From Pseudomonadota bacterium (GTDB lineage: Bacteria; Pseudomonadota; Gammaproteobacteria; Burkholderiales; DATLHW01): a stretch of DNA of 64,000 bases. The notes under the pieces were generated by a model. It was not told the origin of the DNA, searched no databases, and worked only from the letters and a program-made list of their open reading frames with translations. The stretch lies in NCBI GenBank assembly GCA_040388195.1, contig JAZKCF010000106.1, forward strand, positions 444-64,443, written 5' to 3'. A program made the position numbers and the translations under genes. Shown in pieces: positions 28,288 to 40,888 of this stretch; the stretch's first letter is position 1; each line of letters begins with the position of its first letter.

Positions 28288-30606
28288 TTAAAAGAAGGTA
28301 CCCAATTGGAATTGGAACCGCTCCGCCTTATCGCCCTCTTTTCTGTTCAATGGTTGTGCAATGCTAAATTTCAGTGGGCCTACTGGTGAATACCAACTTA
28401 CCGCAAAACCAGCCGAATAACGTAGATCACTGAAACTGAGTTTTTCATCTTTGCCGAAAACTTGTCCACCATCAACGAAGGCGGATAAACGCACCGATTT
28501 GTCTTGTTTTACTCCTGGCATGGGGACTAACGCTTCAGCATTGAAAACGACACTCTTATTACCACCTAATGCGTCGCCATTGATATCCTTCGGACCTAAC
28601 GAAGATGTTAGATAGCCTCGGACAGAATCCACGCCACCGGCGTAGTAGTTTTTAAAGAACGGTAATGGCTTTCCTGCGTACCCGTTTGCGTAGCCCAGTC
28701 TTCCGTTTAATGACAATGTCAGCCAAGTCGTGGCTGGCCAGAGGTATTGCTGGCGGTATGTTAGCCGATAATACTCAAGGTCACCGGGAGGGAGTGCCAG
28801 TTCACCCGCAACTTCTTGCAATCGCCCCTTGGTTGGATAGAACACGCTGTCTCGGGAATCACGCGCCCAACTGACGTTAGTGCGCAAGGTATTAGTGGAA
28901 GTACCAAACGTTTGCGTGAAATCGAGATATTGTTGCGCACGAGCGATGGTACTTGGATCGGCTGTCGCGCTTGTGAGCTGAGACACGTCTAAAAAGAGGC
29001 TTGTATGCTCAAGTGCCAATCCTACATTTAGGAAATCCAGTTCGTTCAGCGGCAAGCCTAAACGCGTGCCGAATCCTGATGTACTCGTTTTATAGGCGAC
29101 GACACCGGAAAGATTTGTCGTATCGGAATCTCGGCGATAGACGTCATAACCGAAACTGACGCCATCAGGCGTGAAATAAGGATTGGTAAACGATAACGAA
29201 TAAACCTTATTAATTTTCCCGCTATTGACTTGAACCGAGAGCTGATTACCACTACCGAAAATATTCGATTGCGAGACCCCGCCGCTAAGCACTAACTTGT
29301 CCGCACTTGAAAAACCGGCGCCAACAGTAATGCTACCTGTCTGCCGTTCGGTCACGTTGACGTTTACGTCAACTTGGTCTGCGGTACCCGCCACTGGCGG
29401 TGTTTCCACATTAACTTCGGAGAAGAAGCTGGTGCGGTCCAACCGCTCTTTTGACCGAGTGATTTTTTCACCCGAGTACCAGCCGCCTTCCATTTGACGC
29501 ATTTCACGTCGAATCACTTCATCTTGCGTTTTCGCATTGCCGCTAATGTTGATACGCCGAACATACACACGTCGGCCCGGATCGATAAAGAAAGTGAATG
29601 CTGCGGTATGCTGCTCTTTGTTCAGATCAGGCACAGGATTAATGTTGGCAAACGAATAGCCATCATTAGATAACCGATCTGAAATCTTCTTGCTTGATTG
29701 AGTAAGGCGATCACGAGAAAACGTATCACCTGGCTTCAACGTGATGAGCTTGCGCAATTCTTCTTCCGGCAATAGTAAATCGCCAGCCAGTTTTACATCG
29801 GTGACCTTGTAAACTGGGCCTTCTGAAATATTGACCGTGATGTAAATGTCTTGTTTATCTGGTGTGATCTGCACTTGCGTGGAATCGATATTAAATTCCA
29901 AGTAGCCATGATTGAGGTAGAACGAACGAAGCACTTCCAAATCAGCAGACAGTTTCTGCTTGGAGTATTGATCATTCTTGCTAAACCAACTGAACAATCC
30001 CGGCGTAGTCAGTTGAAAGAGATCGAGAAGAGCTTTTTCTTTAAAAGCATGCGCGCCAATAATATTGAGATTGCGAATCTTGGCAACTTCACCTTCGACA
30101 ATTTTAAAAGACAGCGAAACACGATTTCTTTCTAGCGGCGTTACCGTTGTCGTCACTTCTGCGGAGTAATAACCACGGCTTACGTATTGGCGCTTGATTT
30201 CCTTTTCAGCGCGGTCAAGTAAAGACTTGTCGTAAATTTTCGCTTCTGCAAGACCGGTCTGTTTCAACCCTTCTTTCAAGTTCTCCACGCTAAATTCTTT
30301 AGCGCCTTCGATCTCAATTTGCGCAATTGCTGGCCGCTCTTGGACGATGACGACCAGAACCTTATCGTCGCTCTCAAGACGGACATCGGAAAAAAAGCCG
30401 GTGGCATATAGCGCTTTAATCGCCGCCGCTGCCTTGTCATCGGTCATGGTGTCGTTAACTTTGACAGGCAGGTAGGAAAAGACCGTGCCGGCCTCGGTGC
30501 GCTGAATACCTTCGACGCGAATATCTTTTACAACAAAGGGCTGGGCTGCCCAGGCAGAAGACGCATAAAGACCTGCCAGGGCCAGCGCGAGAACGCGTAG
30601 TCGCAT
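28288..30606 (-). CDS. bamA: Outer membrane protein assembly factor BamA
   Basis: POTRA repeats, VRGY motif, SPVGPL, C-terminal F. Confidence 0.97.
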   Translation of the reverse strand: MRLRVLALALAGLYASSAWAAQPFVVKDIRVEGIQRTEAGTVFSYLPVKVNDTMTDDKAAAAIKALYATGFFSDVRLESDDKVLVVIVQERPAIAQIEIEGAKEFSVENLKEGLKQTGLAEAKIYDKSLLDRAEKEIKRQYVSRGYYSAEVTTTVTPLERNRVSLSFKIVEGEVAKIRNLNIIGAHAFKEKALLDLFQLTTPGLFSWFSKNDQYSKQKLSADLEVLRSFYLNHGYLEFNIDSTQVQITPDKQDIYITVNISEGPVYKVTDVKLAGDLLLPEEELRKLITLKPGDTFSRDRLTQSSKKISDRLSNDGYSFANINPVPDLNKEQHTAAFTFFIDPGRRVYVRRINISGNAKTQDEVIRREMRQMEGGWYSGEKITRSKERLDRTSFFSEVNVETPPVAGTADQVDVNVNVTERQTGSITVGAGFSSADKLVLSGGVSQSNIFGSGNQLSVQVNSGKINKVYSLSFTNPYFTPDGVSFGYDVYRRDSDTTNLSGVVAYKTSTSGFGTRLGLPLNELDFLNVGLALEHTSLFLDVSQLTSATADPSTIARAQQYLDFTQTFGTSTNTLRTNVSWARDSRDSVFYPTKGRLQEVAGELALPPGDLEYYRLTYRQQYLWPATTWLTLSLNGRLGYANGYAGKPLPFFKNYYAGGVDSVRGYLTSSLGPKDINGDALGGNKSVVFNAEALVPMPGVKQDKSVRLSAFVDGGQVFGKDEKLSFSDLRYSAGFAVSWYSPVGPLKFSIAQPLNRKEGDKAERFQFQLGTFF

Positions 30607-30615
30607 AGAAAATTT

Positions 30616-31980
30616 TCAGCCGGTTAGTAGACGGTTAATGTCATTATAAAAAGCGAAGGCCATAAGGCCGAACAGGAGGACAAACCCGATGCTGCTCCCA
30701 ATCTCCATCGCATGTTGGGAAACCGGGCTACCCTTAATTATCTCGGCCATATAATACATTAAATGGCCGCCATCTAATAAGGGTATAGGGAGTAAATTCA
30801 GTACGCCAATACTAAGGCTGATAAGTGCCAAATACGTTAAATAAGATTGCCAACCAAGTTGTGCGGATTGGCCTGCGTAGTCTGCCATGGTAATAGGGCC
30901 CGACAAGTTTTTCCATGACACCCCACCCGCTATCATTTTGCCCAGCATCTTCAGGCTCAACATCGACGTCTCCCATACTTTGTCGACTGCTTTTAGGAGC
31001 GCTTCATGGAGGGGATATTTGACTGTCGTTTTTAAATATTCATATTGCGTTTCGTCAATAAATGGGTAAGTACCAATTCTGCCGACAGAACGCTGATTTT
31101 CCGTCGCTGCCGCTGGCCTTAACGTAACCTCTTTAATTTCCTCTCCCCGCTTTACCAAGAGGCTGAGCCGCTTTTCTGGGCTAGCTCGAACGATGTCAAC
31201 GAAAGCCTCCCAAGTCGCAACAGGCTTGTCATCAACAGAGATAATTAAATCGCGAGACTTAAGTCCTGCCGCTTCTGCAACACTACCTTCCAATATACGG
31301 CCTACTTGCGGTTTTAACGAAACACGATACGGAGAAAGTCCTACGCCATCGATAAAATTCGACTCGATTTCCGCGCCATCCGGAGTAGATAAATTAAGGG
31401 AGCGCAACGCAATCGCGCCCGTCGGCGTCTCTACTTCCAGTGTCACTTGCTGATCTTTCATGCCTTGATGAAGCAACATCCAACGCAAATCTTGCCAGGA
31501 AGCCACTTCTTTATTATTCAATCTACGGACTAAATCGCCCTTCTGTAAACCCGCGCTAGCAGCAGGACTTCCAACCGGGGGAGAAGCGATATAGGGCTTT
31601 ACGCCTGGCACCCCAGCGACGAATAATGCCCAGTAGAGACAAATAGCGAGAAGAAAATTGGCGAGCGGGCCAGCAACAACAATCGCAAAGCGTTTGCCAA
31701 CAGATTGACGATTGAACGCCCGATGCACTTCGCTTGCGTCAACATCACCCTCACGCTCATCCAGCATTTTCACATAACCACCGACGGGAAAAGCTGCTAC
31801 CGCCCATTCGGTTTGATCCTTACCCATCCGACGGCTATAAATCGGTTTACCTAAACCTAGCGAAAAACGCAGCACCTTCACGTTGCATAAGCGAGCAACC
31901 AAATAATGGCCAAACTCGTGAAAGGTCACAAGTAAGCCAAGCGCAAACATAAACGATACTAAAGTAGTTAGGAGATTCAT
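30616..31980 (-). CDS. rseP: RIP metalloprotease RseP
   Basis: HEFGH, two PDZ domains, NLLPIPLLDGG. Confidence 0.96.
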   Translation of the reverse strand: MNLLTTLVSFMFALGLLVTFHEFGHYLVARLCNVKVLRFSLGLGKPIYSRRMGKDQTEWAVAAFPVGGYVKMLDEREGDVDASEVHRAFNRQSVGKRFAIVVAGPLANFLLAICLYWALFVAGVPGVKPYIASPPVGSPAASAGLQKGDLVRRLNNKEVASWQDLRWMLLHQGMKDQQVTLEVETPTGAIALRSLNLSTPDGAEIESNFIDGVGLSPYRVSLKPQVGRILEGSVAEAAGLKSRDLIISVDDKPVATWEAFVDIVRASPEKRLSLLVKRGEEIKEVTLRPAAATENQRSVGRIGTYPFIDETQYEYLKTTVKYPLHEALLKAVDKVWETSMLSLKMLGKMIAGGVSWKNLSGPITMADYAGQSAQLGWQSYLTYLALISLSIGVLNLLPIPLLDGGHLMYYMAEIIKGSPVSQHAMEIGSSIGFVLLFGLMAFAFYNDINRLLTG

Positions 31981-32003
31981 TTTTAATGTCGACTTTGCCT
32001 GCT

Positions 32004-32169
32004 TAAGAGCGTGAAATTAATAACTTCCTGATTTGGACAAATTTGGCGAAATGCGATGTACAGCTCTCCCCGAACGAAGTTTGGCGATTCCAAATAAATG
32101 ACGGACAACGAAACAGCGCGCCCGCCAGGTACGGGGCAAATCGGGAGGTTATTATTTTCACGTTTCTTA
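32004..32169. repeat. Degenerate palindromic element in the dxr-rseP spacer
   Basis: ~26-bp imperfect terminal IR (CGTGAAATTAATAACTTCCTGATTTG); internal similarity to 34287-34442. Confidence 0.6.
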
Positions 32170-32172
32170 TAT

Positions 32173-33369
32173 TCAAATCCACGCCAATTGTTTAGCCGCT
32201 ATTTCTTGCGCAACTACGCGCGTTTGAAGATCCGCAGCAAATACATCTTCGAGGCTTGAGACAACTTCTATGCCAACACGTTCCAACGTCTCGGCAATAA
32301 GAGCGGCAATACCGGTAAAGCGAATCTTTTTATCCAGGAAAGCAGCCACAGCAATTTCATTGGCGGCATTGAGAATTGTTGAAGCAGTGCCGCCTGTTCG
32401 CATTGCCTGATAGGCTAAGTTAACACAAGGAAAACGCTGCCAATCTAGCGGTTCGAATTCCAGCCGGGCAATTTGCACTAGGTCAAGCGGCGCCACGCCA
32501 GCTTCAATACGCTCAGGGAATCCGAGACCATAGGCAATGGGAGTACGCATATCAGGATTGCCCAGTTGAGCAATGACCGATCCATCCGAAAAAGCCACCA
32601 TCGAATGCACGATGCTTTGTGGATGCACGACGATGTCGATGGTGTCTGCCGGCGCATTGAATAGCCAGTGCGCTTCAATCACTTCCAAGCCTTTATTCAT
32701 CATCGTGGCGGAGTCGACGGAAATCTTCCGGCCCATGACCCAATTAGGATGCGCGCAAGCTTGATCCGCGGTTACGTCGGCTAGCTGATCCAGAGGCATA
32801 TTGCGGAAAGGTCCGCCTGAAGCAGTCAGTAGAATGCGTGTTACACCGGCCTGTATAAGGCCGTCCCGATAAGTACGAGGTAAGGCCTGAAAAATCGCAT
32901 TATGTTCACTATCAATCGGCAACAATCGCGCACCGCTCTGCTTTACCGCTTGCATGAAAAGCGCGCCCGACATAACCAGCGATTCTTTGTTGGCCAGCAA
33001 TACCGTCTTGCCTTCACGAACCGCAGCCAACGTCGGTTTAAGCCCGGCGGCACCGACAATCGCAGCCATCACGCATTCGGCTTCCGGCAAAGCTGCAATT
33101 TTCTCGAGCGCTCGCTCTCCTGCAAGCACTTCCGTGGCAAGTCCAACGGCACGAATCTTCCGCATCAGCTCTGTGGCTTTTTCCTCTGATGGCAGCACGG
33201 CGTAGAGCGGCTTAAACTGTACGCATTGCTCAAACAGTCGCTCAATCTGGGTATTGGCAGACAGCGCCACGACGCGAAAACGGTCAGGGTGACGAGCAAT
33301 CACATCTAACGTATTAATACCAATGGATCCAGTAGAGCCGAGAACGGTAATGCCGCGTAATTCGGTCAT
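32173..33369 (-). CDS. dxr: 1-deoxy-D-xylulose-5-phosphate reductoisomerase
   Basis: [28 protein letters not shown]. Confidence 0.97.
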   Translation of the reverse strand: MTELRGITVLGSTGSIGINTLDVIARHPDRFRVVALSANTQIERLFEQCVQFKPLYAVLPSEEKATELMRKIRAVGLATEVLAGERALEKIAALPEAECVMAAIVGAAGLKPTLAAVREGKTVLLANKESLVMSGALFMQAVKQSGARLLPIDSEHNAIFQALPRTYRDGLIQAGVTRILLTASGGPFRNMPLDQLADVTADQACAHPNWVMGRKISVDSATMMNKGLEVIEAHWLFNAPADTIDIVVHPQSIVHSMVAFSDGSVIAQLGNPDMRTPIAYGLGFPERIEAGVAPLDLVQIARLEFEPLDWQRFPCVNLAYQAMRTGGTASTILNAANEIAVAAFLDKKIRFTGIAALIAETLERVGIEVVSSLEDVFAADLQTRVVAQEIAAKQLAWI

Positions 33370-34229
33370 GAAGTCGCTAATCTCGTGGCAATAAGAAAAA
33401 TGATGGGCGCAACCGGTAAGGTAGAAGTCAATGCATCGAGTCGATCCAATACGCCTCCGTGGCCCGGCAGAAGATTACTGGAGTCCTTCAAACCTGCACC
33501 CCGTTTCATCCATGATTCGAATAGATCACCGGTAATACTCAAAGCAACTAATAGCAGACTAGCAATCACTACGACTGGCCAAGACGCAATCATTGCCTCC
33601 ATGGAACGGTCGCCTGAATGCGTGACGAATCGAACGCAGATGGCAACGTAAATAAGAACGCCGATAACAGCACCGGCAACGCCCTCCCAAGTCTTACCCG
33701 GACTAATGCCGGGCGCCAGCTTATGTTTGCCAAAAGCACGGCCCGTGAAATAAGCAGCAATATCGGCGACCCAAACCAATGCCATGAGTCCTAGTAACAT
33801 CCAAGGACCGTGGCTACGATGCTGAATCACGGCAAACCAGGTAGGAAAAATCACCAACCAGCCCGTTGCCGCTAATGCCCATCCGTTCTTCGGCCGCCAA
33901 CCAAATTTGAGCCATAGCGGCACAATAACCATCCAGAACAAGCTTGCGGCAATAGTAACTATTGAATATGCGCGCTGACTAGACTGCGCGGTAGGATCGG
34001 ACCACTCACCGGAAAATAAATACAACAAGACCAACCCAGCAAGAAAAGTCACGCCAAGAAAAATCTTTGCGGTTATTCCGTTAAGCGGTGCGATACGCGT
34101 CCACTCCCAAAAAGCGGTGAGCGTGATAACAAAGGTAAATAGAGTCCAGCCAAAAGGTGGCAAGGTGAACATAGCACCTAAGAAGACGGCGGCAAGGATC
34201 ACTGCGGTAATGATACGAGCGCGCAGCAT
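33366..34229 (-). CDS. cdsA: Phosphatidate cytidylyltransferase
   Basis: [31 protein letters not shown]. Confidence 0.95.
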   Translation of the reverse strand: MLRARIITAVILAAVFLGAMFTLPPFGWTLFTFVITLTAFWEWTRIAPLNGITAKIFLGVTFLAGLVLLYLFSGEWSDPTAQSSQRAYSIVTIAASLFWMVIVPLWLKFGWRPKNGWALAATGWLVIFPTWFAVIQHRSHGPWMLLGLMALVWVADIAAYFTGRAFGKHKLAPGISPGKTWEGVAGAVIGVLIYVAICVRFVTHSGDRSMEAMIASWPVVVIASLLLVALSITGDLFESWMKRGAGLKDSSNLLPGHGGVLDRLDALTSTLPVAPIIFLIATRLATS

Positions 34230-34286
34230 AGCTATACGTCCAACATTTGTCGCCTGAGCGAAGACAAATTCGGAGACTTCTTAAGA

Positions 34287-34442
34287 ATTGAGGGCAAAAT
34301 GACTTCCCGATTTAGACGTGTTTGACGGGATGCGGTGCAAAATGCGCGGAGCGCGCTTTGACCATTCGAAATAAGTAAACGGTAATGCGGCAACTCACTC
34401 ATCGGAGGTGAGAGAAATCGTGAAAGTATTTAGCCCCTTAAT
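34287..34442. repeat. Degenerate palindromic element in the uppS-cdsA spacer
   Basis: Imperfect terminal IR ATTGAGGGC...CCGATTT / AAATCG...GCCCCTTAAT; aligns with 32004-32169. Confidence 0.5.
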
Positions 34443-34474
34443 GTGCGTGATAAAGCGCTCTACTCGCCTCACTC

Positions 34475-35254
34475 TTACCCAATTTTCTCCGTGGTTCGGG
34501 AGTCCCCCTTCAGCTGCTCGCTGGTACGACCGAAACGACGCTCACGCTGACGGTAGGAAGTGATTGCTAGGTCCAACGACTCGGCGTTGAAATCCGGCCA
34601 TAGCGTATCGGTAAAATACAACTCTGTATAAGCAAGCTGCCAAAGGAGAAAATTACTGATGCGCTTTTCGCCGCCGGTGCGAATGAAAAGATCTGGTTCC
34701 GGCGCATAATGCAGCGACAGATGCTGGGCTAAATCCTGCTCTGAAAAACTAGCCAGTGATGCCCCCTCATTACTTGCGGCCATTTTACGCATCGCTTGCA
34801 TGATATCCCAACGTCCGCCGTAATTAGCCGCAACAGTCAATGTCAGCTTTGTGTTGGACTCAGTCAATGCCTCGCCCTTCCTGATTAAATCGACTATCTT
34901 GGAATCGAACTGAGATAAATCACCAATTACCTTAAAGCGGACTTTGTTCTCATGCAGCTTGATAACTTCTTGCTCAAGCGCACGCAAGAAAAGCTGCATC
35001 AGAACGGACACTTCATCTTTCGGCCGACGCCAGTTTTCGCTTGAAAAAGCGAATAAGGTGAGATATTCAACGCCGCGTTCGACGCATGCCTTGACGGCAT
35101 CCCGTACCGCATCGCGCCCTTTGCGATGACCAGCCACGCGCGGCAAATGCCGCGCTCGCGCCCATCGGCCATTGCCATCCATGATGATGGCAATATGACG
35201 CGGAACCGTCGAGTTTTCGGGAATGGCTTGCGTGGAGCTAACGAAAATAGCCAC
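34475..35254 (-). CDS. uppS: Undecaprenyl diphosphate synthase
   Basis: [29 protein letters not shown]. Confidence 0.96.
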   Translation of the reverse strand: MAIFVSSTQAIPENSTVPRHIAIIMDGNGRWARARHLPRVAGHRKGRDAVRDAVKACVERGVEYLTLFAFSSENWRRPKDEVSVLMQLFLRALEQEVIKLHENKVRFKVIGDLSQFDSKIVDLIRKGEALTESNTKLTLTVAANYGGRWDIMQAMRKMAASNEGASLASFSEQDLAQHLSLHYAPEPDLFIRTGGEKRISNFLLWQLAYTELYFTDTLWPDFNAESLDLAITSYRQRERRFGRTSEQLKGDSRTTEKIG

Positions 35255-35274
35255 GAACTCAGATATCCATTAGC

Positions 35275-35835
35275 TTAAACTGCAAGCAGGTCGGCTTCTT
35301 TAGCCAGCAACATCTTGTCGACCTCGGCAATATAGCGATCTGTGAGCTTCTGTATATCGTCCTGCGCACGGCGCTCCTCATCTTCGGAAATTGTCTTGGC
35401 TTTTAACTCATCCTTCAGATGGGTATTCGCGTCGCGACGAATGTTACGCACCGCAACTCTTGCGCCCTCACCCTCCGTACGCACAACTTTGGTGAGATCG
35501 CGGCGGCGCTCTTCGGTCAATGCTGGCATCGGTACCCGAATCATGTCGCCTTGACTGGCCGGATTGAGTCCAAGATCAGCTTCACGAATCGCTTTTTCGA
35601 CCGCGCCAAGCATTTTCTTTTCCCACGGCTGCACGCCGATGGTACGAGCATCTAGCAGGTTAATATTGGCGGTCTGATTGATAGGCATCGGTGTGCCATA
35701 GTAATCCACCATGACGTGATCTAGCAGGCCGGCATGCGCCCGTCCGGTTCGCACCTTACCGAGATCCACCTTGAGCGTCTCAAGCGTCTTCTGCATTTTC
35801 TGCTCAGCGCTTTTCTTGATTTCGGCAATCGCCAT
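35275..35835 (-). CDS. frr: Ribosome recycling factor
   Basis: [19 protein letters not shown]. Confidence 0.97.
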   Translation of the reverse strand: MAIAEIKKSAEQKMQKTLETLKVDLGKVRTGRAHAGLLDHVMVDYYGTPMPINQTANINLLDARTIGVQPWEKKMLGAVEKAIREADLGLNPASQGDMIRVPMPALTEERRRDLTKVVRTEGEGARVAVRNIRRDANTHLKDELKAKTISEDEERRAQDDIQKLTDRYIAEVDKMLLAKEADLLAV

Positions 35836-36047
35836 TATGCATCTCTCCTAGCTTTTTACGCTGTCCACACTGGACAGGAACAAACGTTAACTTGTAATAC
35901 AATTACTAAAAATCACGAAAATCATCAAAGTAATTTGCTTTAACCACCAAAATTATTTACGCCGTACTTATTGTATAGGCTAGTTCTTCAAGCGAATTTG
36001 CAAAAAAGAAGTGCAGTTTACACCAAACCAAGCACCGTCCATGAGGG

Positions 36048-36770
36048 TCACACCCGCACCAAAGTGCCTTCGTCTTCGCCCATCACCACGCGCTTCAATG
36101 CGCCAGCTTTAAAGATGCTGAATACACAAATAGGTAATTTCTGATCTCGACACAGCGTAAGCGCGGTCGCATCCATTACTTTGAGATCCTTAATTATTGC
36201 CTCGTCAAATGTCAGGCTTTGATAACGAATTGCCTCAGGATTTTTATGAGGGTCGGCAGTATATACGCCATCGACTTTAGTCGCCTTGAGAACAATATCC
36301 ACATTCATTTCCATACCACGCAATGCTGCGGCGGTATCTGTGGTAAAAAACGGATTCCCGGTACCTGCAGCAAAGATGACAATTTTGTTCTCTTCCAAAT
36401 ACCGAATGGCTTTACCACGAATATAAGGCTCTGCCACTTGCTCAATCGTTAAGGCAGACTGCACGCGACTTACTAGATTCTGGTGCCGCATCGCATCCTG
36501 CAATGCCAACGCGTTCATTACCGTCGCCAACATGCCCATATAGTCGGCGGTTGCGCGGTCCATACCGGAAGCAGCCGGCGCGACACCACGGAAAATATTG
36601 CCCCCGCCAATAACAACACCAATTTGCACACCTAAACCGGAAATCTCGCCAACCTCCGAGACAATCCGCTCAATGGTGGCACGATTGATGCCGTAGGAAT
36701 CATCACCCATCAATGCTTCGCCGGAAAGCTTCAACATAATGCGGTTATAAGCTGGTTTTTTTTCCATCAT
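36048..36770 (-). CDS. pyrH: UMP kinase
   Basis: [23 protein letters not shown]. Confidence 0.97.
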   Translation of the reverse strand: MMEKKPAYNRIMLKLSGEALMGDDSYGINRATIERIVSEVGEISGLGVQIGVVIGGGNIFRGVAPAASGMDRATADYMGMLATVMNALALQDAMRHQNLVSRVQSALTIEQVAEPYIRGKAIRYLEENKIVIFAAGTGNPFFTTDTAAALRGMEMNVDIVLKATKVDGVYTADPHKNPEAIRYQSLTFDEAIIKDLKVMDATALTLCRDQKLPICVFSIFKAGALKRVVMGEDEGTLVRV

Positions 36771-37102
36771 TCAAAACCTTTCGCTGCAAAGGAAAAGCAC
36801 ATTAGAGCGCGTTTCATGGCTATAAGTACATAAGCCCAAAAGCAGGATGCTCATTAAGCACTGCGGCATAATCAAAGGGCTTTATTTTGGCAAAAGCAAC
36901 TACGTAGCCAGCGCATCTATGATTTTTAAAGCAAACCGTTGCGGGTTTTCAAAAATACTGTAATACAGACATGGAGCATCTCTCTTTAACCAAAAGCACA
37001 GAGAAACGATTATTTTCTCTGTGCTCGCCGCATTACCTATGGGGAAAAGTTTAGAGATGACTCCACGCTTAACGTTCCAAGCCTTGCAACGTTAAAGGAT
37101 GA

Positions 37103-37984
37103 TCACGCCTGCTTAGTCATTGCTGCAACTTCGGCAGCAAAATCGTTCTGCTTCTTCTCAATTCCTTCGCCGACGATATACAACACGAAGCGAGGAATGG
37201 ATGCATTTTTGGACTTAAGCAATGCTTCGATCGTTAACTTGTCGTCCTTAACGAAGTTCTGGCCAAGCAGCGTTACTTCCTTGAGAAACTTTTGAACGCT
37301 GCCCTCAACCATTTTTTCGACGATATTAGCTGGCTTGCCAGATTCGGCAGCCTTGGCAGTGGCGATATCACGCTCTTTCTTAATCAAATCGGCGGGGACT
37401 TCCTCTTTGGAAAGAGAAACCGGTTTGCTTGCCGCGATATGCATGGCTAAATCTTTGCCCAACGTTTCATCGCCGCCGACCACGTCTACCATGACGCTGA
37501 TCTTCGAACCGCCGTGAATATAGCCTGCCAGCTTGCCTTGGGCTTCAAGGCGGACAAAACGGCGTAGCGATACATTTTCGCCAATTTTACCAACCAGCTC
37601 CGCCCGGAATGCTTCAACGGTCGTATCGCCCAGCTTGAGCGCAGACAGCTCTGCGATGTCGGCAGGATTTTTTAGAGCAACCAGTTCAGCGACGCTTTTT
37701 GCGAAAGCGAGAAAACCATCATTCTTCGCAACAAAGTCGGTCTCGCAGTTGACCTCAATCATTGTCCCCAGCTTACCATCGGCAGACAGATATGTTCCAA
37801 CAACACCCTCAGCCGCGACGCGCCCTGCAGCCTTACTTGCTTTGTTACCTAATTTTACGCGGAGGATTTCTTCGGCCTTACCCAAGTCGCCACTAGCTTC
37901 AGTAAGCGCCTTCTTGCACTCCATCATGGGAGCATCGGTTTTTTCGCGTAGTTCTTTAACCATGCTTGCGGTGATTTCCGACAT
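37103..37984 (-). CDS. tsf: Elongation factor Ts
   Basis: [18 protein letters not shown]; start MSEIT with GGA RBS. Confidence 0.97.
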   Translation of the reverse strand: MSEITASMVKELREKTDAPMMECKKALTEASGDLGKAEEILRVKLGNKASKAAGRVAAEGVVGTYLSADGKLGTMIEVNCETDFVAKNDGFLAFAKSVAELVALKNPADIAELSALKLGDTTVEAFRAELVGKIGENVSLRRFVRLEAQGKLAGYIHGGSKISVMVDVVGGDETLGKDLAMHIAASKPVSLSKEEVPADLIKKERDIATAKAAESGKPANIVEKMVEGSVQKFLKEVTLLGQNFVKDDKLTIEALLKSKNASIPRFVLYIVGEGIEKKQNDFAAEVAAMTKQA

Positions 37985-38148
37985 TTCCAACTCCTTGCAA
38001 ATAACTGATTGACTACCGGCGAGCATTTAGTTCACTCGCTTTTATTCCCATTCCACATCAGACGTGCGCTTTAAGCTGACAGACATCAGGACATTTTTGC
38101 GCTATCCGCGTCGACATTATGATTTTAGGAACAGAAAACCGCACATGT

Positions 38149-38174
38149 AAAAAAAGGGGCGGGACGCCCCTTTT
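38149..38174 (-). terminator. Intrinsic terminator/attenuator between rpsB and tsf
   Basis: AAAAGGGGCG-TCC-CGCCCC-T7 on the minus strand. Confidence 0.75.
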
Positions 38175-38189
38175 AAAAGATTTTGTAGA

Positions 38190-38933
38190 TTAGACAGCTT
38201 TTGCTTCAGCGCCTTCTTCCACAAACTCTTCAGGATTGATGATCTCCTGGGTTCCTTGTGCCTTGCCTTCCAGAACCGCATCCGCCACGCCACGCGCATA
38301 TAAGAGAATTGCACGATTCGAATCGTCATTACCAGGAATGATGTAATCGATGCCATCGATGGAGTTATTGGTATCGACCACACCAATGACCGGAATACCA
38401 AGCTTCTTAGCTTCGACTACCGTACCTTTTTGGTAACCGACATCAATAATAAATATCGCGTCGGGAACACCCGTCATGTTCTTGATACCGCCAAGGCTAC
38501 GCTCCAGTTTGGTGAACTCGCGCTGATGATGCAGCCCTTCTTTCTTGGACAGCTTTTCTAGGGAACCATCTTGCAACATGGCTTCCATGTCCTTCAGACG
38601 CTTGATCGAAGCTTTTACCGTTTTGAAATTGGTAAGCATGCCACCTAACCAACGGTGATCCACAAACGGCATTCCGCAACGAGCGGCTTCTTCAGCGATA
38701 ATTTCACGGGCCTGGCGCTTGGTGCCAACAAAAAGGATGGTGCCTTTGTTAGACGAAAGCCGGCGGATGTACTTCATCGCATCCTCAAACATCGGAAGCG
38801 ATTTTTCTAAATTGATAATGTGGATTTTGTTGCGATGGCCGAAAATATAAGGGGCCATCTTAGGATTCCAATAACGAGTCTGATGGCCGAAATGAACACC
38901 AGCTTCCAACATTTGACGCATAGTTACTGACAT
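38190..38933 (-). CDS. rpsB: 30S ribosomal protein S2
   Basis: [22 protein letters not shown]. Confidence 0.98.
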   Translation of the reverse strand: MSVTMRQMLEAGVHFGHQTRYWNPKMAPYIFGHRNKIHIINLEKSLPMFEDAMKYIRRLSSNKGTILFVGTKRQAREIIAEEAARCGMPFVDHRWLGGMLTNFKTVKASIKRLKDMEAMLQDGSLEKLSKKEGLHHQREFTKLERSLGGIKNMTGVPDAIFIIDVGYQKGTVVEAKKLGIPVIGVVDTNNSIDGIDYIIPGNDDSNRAILLYARGVADAVLEGKAQGTQEIINPEEFVEEGAEAKAV

Positions 38934-38949
38934 GCAGAAACTCCTAATT

Positions 38950-39026
38950 TAGGGTTAAGCCTCCATCCGCCCAAAACCACCTCCTAAAAAATCGGGAGGC
39001 ACCCTGTATATGCGGCAGATGTGCGA
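38950..39026 (-). ncRNA. rpsB 5' leader (S2 autoregulatory / t44-like RNA)
   Basis: GGGTGCC...GGAGGCTTAACCC signature upstream of rpsB. Confidence 0.75.
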
Positions 39027-39079
39027 ATTAGCGCGCTAGCGCCGAAATTTAGCCCGATATGTGAACGAGCTAGCCAAAA

Positions 39080-39109
39080 ATTGTAACAGGATTCACACTC
39101 TCGTTTCAA
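39080..39109 (-). promoter_or_regulatory. Putative sigma70 promoter for rpsB
   Basis: TTGAAA-N18-TACAAT with TG extended -10. Confidence 0.5.
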
Positions 39110-39262
39110 CCAGGAAAACGTTATCGAGCTTAGCGGACGTGCGCGTAGGCATATAGAAAAGCCACCCGGCCAGCAAAATCTGAAAACCTCACAACACCTT
39201 CACTAACAATTACTTTCATGAAATATAAGCCGCCAATTGCTGTTTTTTAGGAGGAGACACCG

Positions 39263-40888
39263 ATGCTTGGGCAAATGATGCAAATGCCATTACTGATTTC
39301 TTCACTGATCGTTCATGCGGACAAATATCACGGCGATATCGAAGTGGTATCAGGCTTATCAGACGGCAGCATCCACCGGTACACCTACACAGATGCCCAT
39401 AAGCGGGCCCGGCAATTGGCAAACGCATTCGATAAGCTTAGCGTCAAAATTGGCGATCGAATTGGCACGCTAGCCTGGAATGGTTACCGGCACTTGGAAC
39501 TTTACTTTGGAATATCCGGCATAGGCGTGGTTACACATACCATCAACCCTCGCCTCTTCCCAGAGCAAATCAATTACATCATCAACCACGCTGAAGACGA
39601 TTACGTTTTCTTCGACCTAAGCTTCGCTTCTTTAATAGAAAATCTCGCGCCTCACTGCAAGCAGGTAAAAGGGTGGATTGCGCTTACCGACCGCATCCAC
39701 ATGCCGGAGATGAAAACCGCGAATGTGTTGTGTTACGAAGATTTGCTCAATGCCGAATCAGACGATTTCGAATGGCCGTCGTTTGATGAAAATACCGCAT
39801 CATCTCTGTGTTACACCTCGGGGACGACCGGCAACCCTAAAGGTGTTTTATACAGCCATCGCTCAACGGTGTTGCATGCTTATGCAATCGCGCTTCCCGA
39901 TTGCTTGAGCCTGTCGGCACGCGATACTGTATTGCCAGTGGTACCGATGTTTCACGTCAATGGCTGGGGCCTGCCGTATGGCTGCGCTGCGGTGGGAGCC
40001 AAAATAGTATTACCTGGACCTTGCTTAGATGGAGCAAGTCTATTCGAACTGTTCGAAAAGGAAAAAGTCACGATGACAGCCGGCGTGCCCACCATTTGGC
40101 TCGGACTGCTCACGTACCTACAACAAAACAAACTGAAACTCAGTACGCTGAAACGCATGGTGGTCGGCGGCGCCGCCTGTGCGCCAACGCTGATGCGTTC
40201 ACTTGAAGAAGAGCAAGGCGTAGAAGTTCTGCATGCCTGGGGGATGACAGAAACCAGCCCTCTAGGTACCACCTGCATACTGAAGGCAAAGCACGCAACG
40301 CAAAGCAAGGAACAGCAGTACGCGGTAAAAACTAAGCAGGGACGCGCGGTTTATGGCGTTGAGATGAAAATTACAGACAATGATGGGCGCGAATTGCCTT
40401 GCAATGGTGAAGCCGCCGGAAATTTATTGGTAAGAGGTCCGTGGATTGCGCGCGAATATTTCAAGGGGGACGGCAGCCCACTCACGGCAGACGGCTGGTT
40501 TCCGACGGGCGATGTCGCCAGCATTGACGCCGATGGCTACATGCAGATCACCGATCGCTCGAAAGATGTCATCAAATCGGGAGGCGAATGGATTAGTTCG
40601 ATCACATTGGAAAATACCGCCATCGCTCACCCGGCAATCGCCGAGGCAGCAGTCATCGGCATCCATCACCCCAAATGGGACGAACGTCCTTTACTTTTAG
40701 CAGTCAAAAAATCGAACGTTGATGTAAGCAAAGAGGAAATACTGCATTTCTTCGAGGGCAAGGTCGCAAAATGGTGGATACCGGATGATGTCGTATTCGT
40801 CGATCAATTACCTCATACCGCCACCGGCAAGCTGCTGAAGACCAAGCTGCGAGAGGACTTCAGCGCTTATAAATTGCCTACGACTTAA
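39263..40888 (+). CDS. Medium/long-chain acyl-CoA ligase (DmdB/AlkK-like)
   Basis: [26 protein letters not shown]. Confidence 0.88.
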   Translation: MLGQMMQMPLLISSLIVHADKYHGDIEVVSGLSDGSIHRYTYTDAHKRARQLANAFDKLSVKIGDRIGTLAWNGYRHLELYFGISGIGVVTHTINPRLFPEQINYIINHAEDDYVFFDLSFASLIENLAPHCKQVKGWIALTDRIHMPEMKTANVLCYEDLLNAESDDFEWPSFDENTASSLCYTSGTTGNPKGVLYSHRSTVLHAYAIALPDCLSLSARDTVLPVVPMFHVNGWGLPYGCAAVGAKIVLPGPCLDGASLFELFEKEKVTMTAGVPTIWLGLLTYLQQNKLKLSTLKRMVVGGAACAPTLMRSLEEEQGVEVLHAWGMTETSPLGTTCILKAKHATQSKEQQYAVKTKQGRAVYGVEMKITDNDGRELPCNGEAAGNLLVRGPWIAREYFKGDGSPLTADGWFPTGDVASIDADGYMQITDRSKDVIKSGGEWISSITLENTAIAHPAIAEAAVIGIHHPKWDERPLLLAVKKSNVDVSKEEILHFFEGKVAKWWIPDDVVFVDQLPHTATGKLLKTKLREDFSAYKLPTT

